NCBI GenBank assembly: GCA_021372475.1
Contig: JAJFUJ010000127.1
Coordinates: 24,654 to 88,653, forward strand
Origin: Chloroflexota bacterium
GTDB taxonomy: Bacteria > Chloroflexota > Anaerolineae > UBA1429
Direction: 5' to 3'
DNA: 64,000 nt
Part shown: piece by piece, positions 29,546 through 38,169 of the stretch
Layout of the letters: each line of letters begins with the position of its first letter
Position numbering within the stretch: the first letter of the stretch is position 1
Program-made: the position numbers and the translations under genes
Notes under the pieces: model-generated
Told to the model about the DNA's origin: nothing
The model's input: only the letters and a program-made list of their open reading frames with translations
The model's database searches: none

Positions 29546-29574
29546 TTGACCGACCACTATCACAGAGTTATACT
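29546..29574 (+). promoter_or_regulatory. Strong sigma70-like promoter for the sugar operon: -35 TTGACC, 17-nt spacer, -10 TATACT.
   Basis: TTGACC at 29546-51 and TATACT at 29569-74, about 10 bp after the repeat end. RBS AGGGAG and ATG at 29606. Confidence 0.5.
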
Positions 29575-29605
29575 CCAAATATAATTAGAGAAAGGGAGCC
29601 GGACA

Positions 29606-31018
29606 ATGTTTAGCCAAAAGACAACGTTCGCGTTATTTTTCGGAAATCGCACGTTTTTCCCGGGCTCGTTGATGGCCGAGGCGCGCGAGACGATGGTCAA
29701 AGTGCTTAATGACCTAGGGCATAAAACCCTGACTATGTCCGCCGATGCGACCCGCTTCGGCGCCGTGACGACGGTTGAGGAGGGGCAGAAGTATGCCGCC
29801 TGGCTACGCGAGCATCGGGGTGAGTTCGGCGGAGTCATCCTCTGCCTGCCTAATTTTGGCGATGAAAATGGGGCGTTGGCAGCGCTTAAAGCCTGCGGCG
29901 TGCCCATCCTGGTGCAGGCCTACCCCGACGAGATGGACAAGATGGCGCCTGCAACCCGCCGCGACGCATTTTGCGGCAAGCTCTCAATTACGGACGTGTT
30001 CAGCCAATACGGTGTTAAATATACCGTGCTCAAACCGCATACCGTCCACCCCACCAGCCCGCGTTTTGCCGATAACATCGACTACTTTGACCGGCTGTGC
30101 CGCGTGGTCGGCGGGATGCAGGATATTGTCGTTGGCGCCATCGGTGCGCGCACCACGGCCTTTAAGACGGTACGTATCGATGAAATCGCCCTGCAGCGCC
30201 ATAAAATCGGCGTAGAAACCCTTGACCTCTCCGAGGTCTTTTTCCGGATGGGCAAGCTCAAGGCCGAGGATGCAAATTACGTCAGCAAGGCTGCCGTGCT
30301 CAAAGCCTATTCCAGTTGGCAAGGAATACCTGCTAAAGCGTTCGATAACCTTGTGCGTTTGAGCGTGGTGCTGGATACGCTGATTGAAGAGTACAAGATG
30401 GACGCCTTATCGCTGCGCTGCTGGGAAGAGCTGCAGATGCAGCTCGGGATTTCACCGTGCGTGCTGCTTTCGGAGCTCAATAACCGCGGCATCCCCGCAT
30501 CCTGCGAGCTTGATCTGGGCAATGCCGTGACCATGCGCGCCCTGGCGCTGGCCTCCGGCGGCCCGGCGACTTGCCTGGATTGGAACAATAACTATATGGA
30601 TGACGACGACCGCTGCATCCTGTTCCACTGCGGCCCGGTGCCCAAGGCGATGATGACCAACAGTGGGCACATCAGCACCCATGCCATCCTGGCTAATACA
30701 TACGGCGCTGAAAATACCTACGGCTGCGATGTCGGCCGCATCGCCCCAGGCGTCTTTACGTTTGGCAGCCTGATGACGGAAGCCGGTCAAATGCGCTTTT
30801 ACCTGGGCAACGGCGAGTTCACCGGCCAGGAGATCCCGAGCGATTACTTTGGTTGCGCCGGTGTGGCTAAAATCGATAAGCTGCAGGATGTGCTTGTGCA
30901 CATCTGCCGGAACGGCCATCGCCATCATGTCTCGGTGACGCCGGGTAACGTCGTAGCGCCGGTGGTCGAAGCGATGACCAGCTATCTGGGCTACCAGGTA
31001 ACCTGCCCGCAGCAATAA
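29606..31018 (+). CDS. L-fucose/L-arabinose isomerase family protein (FucI-like sugar aldose-ketose isomerase).
   Basis: 470 aa. The overall pattern of the FucI/AraA C-terminal-domain family (metal-site region ...HCGPVP..., GDENGALAALK-like N-terminal Rossmann-like domain). First gene of an apparent isomerase-aldolase-kinase operon. Confidence 0.65.
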   Translation: MFSQKTTFALFFGNRTFFPGSLMAEARETMVKVLNDLGHKTLTMSADATRFGAVTTVEEGQKYAAWLREHRGEFGGVILCLPNFGDENGALAALKACGVPILVQAYPDEMDKMAPATRRDAFCGKLSITDVFSQYGVKYTVLKPHTVHPTSPRFADNIDYFDRLCRVVGGMQDIVVGAIGARTTAFKTVRIDEIALQRHKIGVETLDLSEVFFRMGKLKAEDANYVSKAAVLKAYSSWQGIPAKAFDNLVRLSVVLDTLIEEYKMDALSLRCWEELQMQLGISPCVLLSELNNRGIPASCELDLGNAVTMRALALASGGPATCLDWNNNYMDDDDRCILFHCGPVPKAMMTNSGHISTHAILANTYGAENTYGCDVGRIAPGVFTFGSLMTEAGQMRFYLGNGEFTGQEIPSDYFGCAGVAKIDKLQDVLVHICRNGHRHHVSVTPGNVVAPVVEAMTSYLGYQVTCPQQ

Positions 31019-31028
31019 AGGAATAGTT

Positions 31029-31937
31029 ATGTCAATCAATACGCAAGTGATGAAACGCGCCCGCCAGCTCGGATTAGTGGTGCCGGCATTTAACGTCCCC
31101 TACCTGCCGATGGTTGCGCCGGTGATCGAAGCGCTGCGCGCCGAGGATGCCTTTGGATTCATCGCCACCGCCCGGCTGGAGTGGATCAAGTTCCAGGCGC
31201 GCGGGCTGGCCGCGGTAATGAACGAATATGCAAAATTCGCCGACCCCAAGCACGTCAGCATCCATCTCGACCACGTGCCGGTCATCGACGAGGACCAGCA
31301 GCGGGTCAACTACCGCCCGCTCTTTGAGGAGGCACTCGCTCTCGGCTATCCCTCCATCATGGTGGACGGCTCGCGCCTCGGGCTGGACGAGAACATCCGC
31401 ATCACGCGCGAGGTGGCCGATGTGGCCCACCGCGTTGAAGCAGCCTGCGAGGGCGAGCTGGGCGCTGTGCTAGGCCACGAAGCTGGTCCCCTGCCCGACT
31501 ATGCCACGCTGTTCGCTTCCGGCAAAGGCTTCACACCGGTGGCGGATGCGAGTCGTTTTGTGCGCGAATCCGAGTGCGACTGGCTTTCGGTTGCCATCGG
31601 CAACGTGCACGGCGCCATCGCCGACGGCCTGCGCGACCAGAAGAAGGTCGCTGCACACCTCAAACTCGAGCACCTCAGCCAGCTCTCCGAGGCCACCGGC
31701 ATACCGCTGGTGCTGCACGGTGGCTCAGGCGTGGTGCAGGAGGATGTGCTGGCCGGCATCAAACGCGGCATCGCAAAAATCAATATCGGCACCGAAATCC
31801 GCCAAGCCTACGAGGCCGGCCTTGCTGCCGGTGGCGTGCTCAAAGGGCAGGAAACCTGCCTGGAGCGCACACGCTGGGTGCTGCACGACTATCTGGGGTT
31901 GAGCGGAACCGCCGCGAGCCTGCTCGCTAAAGATTAA
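31029..31937 (+). CDS. Class II ketose-bisphosphate aldolase family (FbaA/GatY/KbaY-like).
   Basis: MKRARQLGLVVPAFNVPYL N-terminus; zinc-binding HLDH motif (IHLDHVP); ...VLHGGSG... C-terminal motif typical of class II aldolases. Confidence 0.8.
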   Translation: MSINTQVMKRARQLGLVVPAFNVPYLPMVAPVIEALRAEDAFGFIATARLEWIKFQARGLAAVMNEYAKFADPKHVSIHLDHVPVIDEDQQRVNYRPLFEEALALGYPSIMVDGSRLGLDENIRITREVADVAHRVEAACEGELGAVLGHEAGPLPDYATLFASGKGFTPVADASRFVRESECDWLSVAIGNVHGAIADGLRDQKKVAAHLKLEHLSQLSEATGIPLVLHGGSGVVQEDVLAGIKRGIAKINIGTEIRQAYEAGLAAGGVLKGQETCLERTRWVLHDYLGLSGTAASLLAKD

Positions 31938-31946
31938 GGACCGAAC

Positions 31947-33470
31947 GTGAGTTTACTAGGCATCGATATCGGCACTAGCGGCTGCAAAGCCGTGCTCTTT
32001 GATATCGCGGGAACCCCGCTAGCGAGCGCTTATGCCGAGTATGATACCCAGCGCCCGCAGCCCGGCTGGGCTGAGCTGGATGCCGTTGAGGTATGGAACA
32101 AGGTCAAAGATTGCATCCGCACAGCAGCGCATGAGGCCGGCCGCGACCCGGTGCAGGCGCTCGCCGTCTGCTCGCTGGGCGAGGCGGTGGTGCCGCTCTC
32201 GGATAAAGGTGAAATCCTGGGGCCTTCGCTGCTAAACTTTGATGTGCGCGGAGCCGAGTTTCTGCCAGAGTTGAGCGCGGCGCTCGAACCACAGCGCTTA
32301 TATGCCATCAATGGCAATACGCTGGGCAACCACTTTAGCTTGACCAAGCTGCTGTGGGTTAAACGCTATCAACCGGAGCTGTATGCCAGGACGAGTAAGT
32401 TCATGTACTGGGGCGGGCTGGTCGGCTGCCTGCTGGGCGCAGAACCTGCCCTCGATTACTCCCTGGCCAACCGCTCGCTGCTTTTTGACTTGACAGCGCG
32501 CGATTGGTCGGATGAACTGCTGGCCAAGACAGGCCTTGAAAGGGACAAGTTCCCGCGCACCATATCCTCAGGCATGGCCGTGGGGCAGGTTTCAGATGCC
32601 GTAGCTCAAGATCTTGGGCTTCCTGCTGGAGTCACCATCGTCACCGGCGCGCATGACCAGTGCGCCAATGCCGTGGGCGCCGGGGTAATCAGCCCGGGTC
32701 AGGCGATGTACGGCATGGGCACTTATATTTGCATCGTGCCCGTGTTCAATGAGCCGCGCGAGGCTGACGCGATGATTGCCCGCGGGCTCAACACCGAACA
32801 TCACGCTGTGCCAGAAAGTTATGTCAGTTTCCTCTACAACCAGGGCGGGGCGCTCCTGAAGTGGTATCGCGATACCTTTGCGCCCCTTGAAAAACGCCTG
32901 GCAGCCGATACAGGCAGGGATATCTACAGCCTGCTTACCAACGAGATGCCCGCCGGCCCCAGCCCGGTGCTGGCGCTGCCTCACTTTACCAGCACCGGTC
33001 CGCCCGATTTCATCAGCGATTCGTGCGGCGTGCTGGCCGGCCTGCGCCTGGAAACAGAGCGCGGCGCCATCCTCAAAGGGCTGCTGGAGGGCGCGACCTA
33101 CTATCTGCGCGAATGCGTCGAGACCCTGCCCGGCGCGGGGATCCCGGTGGAGAGCTATGTCGCCGTGGGCGGCGGCAGCAAGTCGGAAGCGTGGATTCAG
33201 CTCAGCGCCGACATCCTGCAGCGGCCATTCAGTCGGCCGCGCGTGACGGAGGCAGGCTCCCTGGGAGCAGCCATCCTGGCTGGTGTAGGCAGCGGGGTCT
33301 TTACTAGCATCGCTGAAGGCGTGGCGCAGATGGTGCACAGCGACCTCTCCTTCGAGCCTGACGCAGCGCTGGGCAAGGGCTACTCGGCGCGCTATGCGCA
33401 ATACCGCCAACTGTATGCTCCGCTGCGCGAGCTGCTGCGCAGCCTGGCGGCCGAATCGACCGGCAGTTAG
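31947..33470 (+). CDS. FGGY-family carbohydrate kinase (xylulokinase/fuculokinase-like).
   Basis: LLGIDIGTSGCKAVLFD N-terminal actin-fold phosphate-1 motif; FGGY C-terminal domain with GGGSKS. 507 aa. Confidence 0.85.
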   Translation: MSLLGIDIGTSGCKAVLFDIAGTPLASAYAEYDTQRPQPGWAELDAVEVWNKVKDCIRTAAHEAGRDPVQALAVCSLGEAVVPLSDKGEILGPSLLNFDVRGAEFLPELSAALEPQRLYAINGNTLGNHFSLTKLLWVKRYQPELYARTSKFMYWGGLVGCLLGAEPALDYSLANRSLLFDLTARDWSDELLAKTGLERDKFPRTISSGMAVGQVSDAVAQDLGLPAGVTIVTGAHDQCANAVGAGVISPGQAMYGMGTYICIVPVFNEPREADAMIARGLNTEHHAVPESYVSFLYNQGGALLKWYRDTFAPLEKRLAADTGRDIYSLLTNEMPAGPSPVLALPHFTSTGPPDFISDSCGVLAGLRLETERGAILKGLLEGATYYLRECVETLPGAGIPVESYVAVGGGSKSEAWIQLSADILQRPFSRPRVTEAGSLGAAILAGVGSGVFTSIAEGVAQMVHSDLSFEPDAALGKGYSARYAQYRQLYAPLRELLRSLAAESTGS

Positions 33471-34267
33471 GGTTTACGGCAGCGCAGCAGCAGGAAATAA
33501 GCCGCGATCCGCGCGTCCGCCAGGCGTGGGTATTTGTGTACCTGGCGCTTGCTGGGATGCGGCTCCTCGACACACTCCAGCACCAGCCCTTGTTGAAAAA
33601 GCGGATTCAGCCAACCGCTCAGGGTGCGCGGGAAGCGCGGAATACGGAACCTGCGCATGCCATTCGTCAGCTCCTTTGGCGCGGAGCCGAAAATCCACTC
33701 CTCAACATCCCCGGAAGGTTGATCGAAATAACCGCGCACTACTCGCCCAATGCGCTTGCCTTGAGCATCAATCACCCATTCTCCTTCGGGTGTCATACAA
33801 GGGTGCGAAATAGAGTACTGGAAAAATCCCCCGCTGCGTAGCACCCTGGCGACCTCGTTCACAGCGCCTTGGTAATCGGGCATATCCATCAGGCACATCG
33901 TGGACATCACGAAATCAAAACTGGCATCAGCGAACGGCAGATGAGAGCCGCTGGCCAGCAGGTAACGGGTGCCCAATGGCTGCTGGCGTTCCGCATCTAT
34001 TGCCCGAGCGATGAACTGCGGTGAAACATCCAGGGCAGTCATACGCGCACCGCGGCCGGCCGCCAAGCGCGTATTATAACCCTCGCCGCAACCCACATCC
34101 AGCCCCTGCAGCCCGCGCACATCCGGCAAAATCGCCATAAAAGCCGGGGTGTTGATCATATCGCGATACTGGTCGTAGCCCTGGCGCGACAGCTCCGCCC
34201 AGACGGGAGCATTGGCATCCCACATTTCCGCCACGGAAGCATCGTCCCACTGGTACTTGTCAGGCAT
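33467..34267 (-). CDS. Class I SAM-dependent methyltransferase.
   Basis: Motif I LDVGCGEGYNTRLAAGRGARMTALDVS; 266 aa. Confidence 0.7.
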   Translation of the reverse strand: MPDKYQWDDASVAEMWDANAPVWAELSRQGYDQYRDMINTPAFMAILPDVRGLQGLDVGCGEGYNTRLAAGRGARMTALDVSPQFIARAIDAERQQPLGTRYLLASGSHLPFADASFDFVMSTMCLMDMPDYQGAVNEVARVLRSGGFFQYSISHPCMTPEGEWVIDAQGKRIGRVVRGYFDQPSGDVEEWIFGSAPKELTNGMRRFRIPRFPRTLSGWLNPLFQQGLVLECVEEPHPSKRQVHKYPRLADARIAAYFLLLRCRKP

Positions 34268-35459
34268 TAGTGCCTCCCAGGCGCTTGGCGCATTCGATCA
34301 GCGCCCAGATATTCTCATCGGGCGTATCGCCGCCCACTTGGTCGCCAGTGCCGATTATCAGGCGTGGCTCACCGGCGTAGGCGCCGATTATCTCAGCCAC
34401 CTCGCGCTCGATATCGGCCGGCTTGCCGCGGATGAGCGTCTCGACGGTATGCACATTGCCATTGAACGTTACCTTACCGCCCAGGGCACGGCGCACGGCG
34501 CGCAGGTCGGTCACATCACCGCCAGGCGGGCGTTCGAACGGGCAAATGCAGTCGACGCCGCTGGTTGCCAGATCGGGTAAGTTGGCCATCGCGGGGCCGT
34601 GGTAGTGCAGATGCACCAGCCGGCCATGCTGATGAGCAGCAGCGGCAATCGCCCGCACCACGGGCAAATCCCATTCGCGCCACAGCCTTGGGCCGATGAG
34701 CGCCGCACAAGACCAACTGCAGGCAATAAAAAGCGGCGCAGCGGCGGTATGCGCGCAAGCGGCATGCGTTTCGGCCGTCATGTATTCGATGTAGCGCGCC
34801 TGCAATGCGCGGTAGTGGTCAGGATGGTCGAGCAGGGCAGCGATCCCCTGCTCCAACCCAAGCGGATTGGCGATGAAATCAAAGAACATACCGCCCACAT
34901 ATATTTCGAGCAAGTAGCGCTCGCCCACCTGGGCGAGTGCAGCATTGACAGCGGAATAATCGTGCAGCTCGATGGGCGGGAAGGCCGTCTCCAGCCAGAC
35001 CGGTTCATCGGCAGCGAGATCCTTGATGGGACGTTCAGTCACCCAACTCGGCTGTATACGGTCATAAACGGCTGCAGCGTGCAGCATGCCCCGTGCAGTG
35101 CGCGTCTCGGTGAGCGCTTCATAACGGCCATCGCCCAGGGCACGCAGCGTCGTGCGCTCATCTACCCGCGGATTCGGCCGAGCAGGGGCGACGATGCCCC
35201 ACCCCTCGCAATTATAATGGGTAAAGGCCGCCAGCAGGGCTTGCCAGTGCGGGACCTCACGCTCCAGCGCCACCATATCGATGCCCAGCAGCCTGGCAGG
35301 CAGGTAGCACCAAAACTCGGGCGCGACAGGATAGCGCTCAGACCATTGCCCTAGGTAAGCATTGAGCATGCGCTGGCGCGAGGTGAGTTCGGTCAATTGG
35401 GCAGCTCCTCTACCAACATAAAGTGATTGTAACCTGGCTGGCAGTGCCCGGCAAGCCAC
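34260..35459 (-). CDS. Uroporphyrinogen decarboxylase (URO-D) family protein (MtaA/CmuA-like methyltransferase-type).
   Basis: 399 aa. URO-D-family C-terminal region (...LVHLHYHGPAMANLPDLATSGVDCICPFERPPGGDVTDLRAVRRALGGKVTFNGNVHTVETL...IIGTGDQVGGDTPDENIWALIE). Overlaps the downstream methyltransferase by 8 nt. Confidence 0.65.
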   Translation of the reverse strand: MACRALPARLQSLYVGRGAAQLTELTSRQRMLNAYLGQWSERYPVAPEFWCYLPARLLGIDMVALEREVPHWQALLAAFTHYNCEGWGIVAPARPNPRVDERTTLRALGDGRYEALTETRTARGMLHAAAVYDRIQPSWVTERPIKDLAADEPVWLETAFPPIELHDYSAVNAALAQVGERYLLEIYVGGMFFDFIANPLGLEQGIAALLDHPDHYRALQARYIEYMTAETHAACAHTAAAPLFIACSWSCAALIGPRLWREWDLPVVRAIAAAAHQHGRLVHLHYHGPAMANLPDLATSGVDCICPFERPPGGDVTDLRAVRRALGGKVTFNGNVHTVETLIRGKPADIEREVAEIIGAYAGEPRLIIGTGDQVGGDTPDENIWALIECAKRLGGTNA

Positions 35460-35484
35460 ACTGCAAATTGACGCAACGGCGCGC

Positions 35485-36315
35485 GTGGCCTATGCTTTAA
35501 TAGCAGCCAAAGGTCAGGAGCATATAGTGGATTCAGAGCTGACGCATGATGCCGTGGCCGCAGCCTTGCATACCCAGTTACTGGGGCGCACACTTGAAGT
35601 GTACCGCAGTATCGATTCGACCAATACCCGCGCTGCGGCGTTGGCCCGGCAAGGCGCGCCCGACGGCGCCCTCGTGCTGGCCGAGGAACAGACGGCCGGA
35701 CGCGGCAGGCTAGGACGCAGTTGGCTGGCTCCGGCGGGCAGCTCGCTGCTGTTCTCGCTGGTGTTGCGGCCGAATCTGCAGCCGGCCGAGATGCAGCGCC
35801 TGGCGATGATTACGTCGCTGGCAGCCTGCCGGGCGGTAGAACGTCTGTATGGGCTGTATATTGCGGTCAAATGGCCGAATGATATCCAGTTCAATGGGCG
35901 TAAGCTGGGCGGCATGCTCTGCGAGGCCGGCCTGGAGAAAGGAAACCTGGCCTGGGTGGTAGTGGGACTGGGACTGAACGTGAATATCGATCCGCACACA
36001 CTGGGCGAACTGCTGGTGCCTGCCACCAGCTTATCGCGCGAGCTGGGGCATGAGGCGGCACGCCTGCCCCTACTGGCGGCGCTGCTGGAGGAGCTGGAGC
36101 CTTTGTATCTGCGCGTGAACGCGGGCTGGCTCCCGCACGATGCGTGGCGCGAACGCCTGGCCACGCTCGGGGAGCAGGTGCGCGTAAGCACGCCTCAGGA
36201 GGCTAGCGAGGGCCTGGCGGAGGATGTGGATGCCAACGGCGCACTGCTCCTGCGCCTCGCGGATGGCAGCCGGAGGACTATCCTGGCCGGCGATGTGACC
36301 TTGCGCACAGAATAA
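35485..36315 (+). CDS. birA: Biotin--[acetyl-CoA-carboxylase] ligase BirA (catalytic core).
   Basis: Signature GRGRLGRSW and ...KWPNDI.... 276 aa. Confidence 0.8.
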   Translation: MAYALIAAKGQEHIVDSELTHDAVAAALHTQLLGRTLEVYRSIDSTNTRAAALARQGAPDGALVLAEEQTAGRGRLGRSWLAPAGSSLLFSLVLRPNLQPAEMQRLAMITSLAACRAVERLYGLYIAVKWPNDIQFNGRKLGGMLCEAGLEKGNLAWVVVGLGLNVNIDPHTLGELLVPATSLSRELGHEAARLPLLAALLEELEPLYLRVNAGWLPHDAWRERLATLGEQVRVSTPQEASEGLAEDVDANGALLLRLADGSRRTILAGDVTLRTE

Positions 36316-36403
36316 ACAAGTATATCAATACAACTATTGACATTATTAACGTTTAGAATTAGAATATTTAATATACGGTTGCATTATTTCAAGCGAGACA
36401 AAG

Positions 36404-36781
36404 ATGGCTAAAGCGGTCATCGGCCGATGTCCGGTGTGCGGCGAAAGGCTGGAGGTCACTTGCCTGCACTGCCCCGCATGCGACACCACAATCGAAGGGC
36501 GGTTTGGCCTGGGGCGCTTCTACCTGCTGACGGAAGAACAGCTCGCGTTTGCCGAGACTTTTATCCGCTGCGAAGGCAAAATCAACAAGGTGGAGGAGGA
36601 GCTGAGCATCTCCTACCCGACAGTGCGCAGCCGGTTGAGCGAGGTCATCCGCGCGCTCGGCTACGAAGTGCGCGAAGAGAACGCTCCCTCATCCGAGCAG
36701 CGCCACCTGGCGCTCGAACAACTAGCCCAGGGACAAATCACCCTCGACGAGACGCTCAGGCTGCTGCGAGGCAAGCCATGA
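36404..36781 (+). CDS. DUF2089-family zinc-ribbon plus HTH small DNA-binding protein.
   Basis: CPVCGERLEVTCLHCPACDT zinc ribbon, then an HTH-like segment (VEEELSISYPTVRSRLSEVIRALG). Its stop overlaps the next ATG (ATGA). Confidence 0.6.
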   Translation: MAKAVIGRCPVCGERLEVTCLHCPACDTTIEGRFGLGRFYLLTEEQLAFAETFIRCEGKINKVEEELSISYPTVRSRLSEVIRALGYEVREENAPSSEQRHLALEQLAQGQITLDETLRLLRGKP

Positions 36782-37764
36782 TTTTGACCAAGACGCTCGA
36801 CAGGGGAACCACTGCAGAGGGAATCCGCCCTATCAGGCTGCCGCAAGACCTGTTGCAGTTGGCCAGTCTGCTGGATATTGCCTTTAGCAGCGAACTGGAA
36901 ATGACCGATTCGCATATGATCGAGGATCTGCGCCAGGCAGCGCGCCTGGGCGCGCTGCTATGGATGACCAGCGGTTCGCGCCTGGACGGCTTTGTCTATG
37001 TCGAAGATGAGCTGCTGGTGGGCAATATCACCCTGACGCAGGAACCACGCGACCCCACGAGTTGGTTCATCAGCAACGTGGCGGTGCTGCCCGATTGGCG
37101 CGGACAGGGCATCGCGAGCAGGCTGCTGGATACAGCTCTTGATTACCTGCGCTCCAGGCATGCCCGCTGGGCGCGGCTGCAGGTACGCACGGAACATCCA
37201 GTAGCCCTCGGATTATATCGGCGACGGGGTTTTATCACCTACGATACCACGTACGAGCTCAAGCTGGAGGCGCGCTTGCTCGATATCAACCTGGCAGCCG
37301 CGGACCGGCGGCTGCGCCCGCTGCGCCCGCGCGACAGCCGCGCCCTCTGGCAGTTGGTGCTCAATACCAGCGCGCCCGTCCTGATCAGGCAACGCGTGTT
37401 GCGGCCGTCCGACTTTCGCCGCACCTGGTTGAGCCGATTGGATAACCAGCTCGATGCCTGGCTGGTGGGCAATACCCGCTATGAGTTGGTCGGTTACGAC
37501 GGATACAAGTTAGCAGCCTACGCGGCTCTTTCCGCAGATTCTGCGCGCAGCTCGTACCAGTGCGAGCTGCGCGTTCTGCCCCAGCAGCGCGGCATGTGGG
37601 AGGAAGCCCTCATCCGGCAACTGGCGCTGCACGCTCTCAGCCAGCCGCGCCGTAATGTGCTCGCCAGCGTCCCGCTGACCCACCCCGAAGCGCTGGACGC
37701 TTTGCTGAAATCAGGGTTCATTTGCCAACGCACCCTGGCGCAAATGAGCCTGGATATTGCTTGA
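36778..37764 (+). CDS. GNAT-family N-acetyltransferase, 328 aa with an extra C-terminal domain.
   Basis: GNAT motif A ...VAVLPDWRGQGIASRLLDTALDYL... The ORF track merges it with a spurious upstream frame (36427..). The real start is the ATG at 36778, overlapping the DUF2089 stop. Confidence 0.7.
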   Translation: MILTKTLDRGTTAEGIRPIRLPQDLLQLASLLDIAFSSELEMTDSHMIEDLRQAARLGALLWMTSGSRLDGFVYVEDELLVGNITLTQEPRDPTSWFISNVAVLPDWRGQGIASRLLDTALDYLRSRHARWARLQVRTEHPVALGLYRRRGFITYDTTYELKLEARLLDINLAAADRRLRPLRPRDSRALWQLVLNTSAPVLIRQRVLRPSDFRRTWLSRLDNQLDAWLVGNTRYELVGYDGYKLAAYAALSADSARSSYQCELRVLPQQRGMWEEALIRQLALHALSQPRRNVLASVPLTHPEALDALLKSGFICQRTLAQMSLDIA

Positions 37765-37797
37765 TGCTCCAGTGGAGGTTGTGAGAGGAGAAATTCG

Positions 37798-38169
37798 ATG
37801 AGCAAATCAGAAGAACGCATTCAAATTCTTAAAATGGTTCAGAACGGCACTATCACAGCCGACGAGGCCGCCAAGCTGCTGGATGCAATCGACGAAGCGC
37901 CGGTTCGCGAAAGCACTGAAGGCAAGGGACAGGCGCGCCGGTTCCGCGTCAGAGTGACAGATACGGCCAGCGGACGCAGCAAGGCCAATATCAACATCCC
38001 CATCGGGCTGGTCAACATCGGTATGCGCATGGGCGCCAAGTTCGCGCCCAATATGTCGGATATCGATATGGAGCAAGTGCTCCAGGCCGTCAAGGACGGT
38101 ACGCTGGGCAAGATAATCGATGTCGAAGATACCGAGGATGGCGAGCATGTCGAGATATATGTGGAATGA
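37798..38169 (+). CDS. Hypothetical protein with an N-terminal SHOCT-like helical motif (EERIQILKMVQNGTITADEAAKLL).
   Basis: 123 aa with an acidic C-terminus; translationally coupled (ATGA) to the next gene. The motif is typical of N-termini of YvlB/DUF4097 stress-module proteins. Confidence 0.45.
   Translation: MSKSEERIQILKMVQNGTITADEAAKLLDAIDEAPVRESTEGKGQARRFRVRVTDTASGRSKANINIPIGLVNIGMRMGAKFAPNMSDIDMEQVLQAVKDGTLGKIIDVEDTEDGEHVEIYVE

Noticed and set aside
36427-36780. 5' portion of the 445-aa ORF 36427..37764 (MSGVRRKAGGHLPALPRMRHHNRR...).
   Set aside because: This is an out-of-frame read-through across the DUF2089 gene: Arg/Pro/Gly-rich and low complexity. The real GNAT gene starts at the ATG at 36778, which overlaps the DUF2089 stop.
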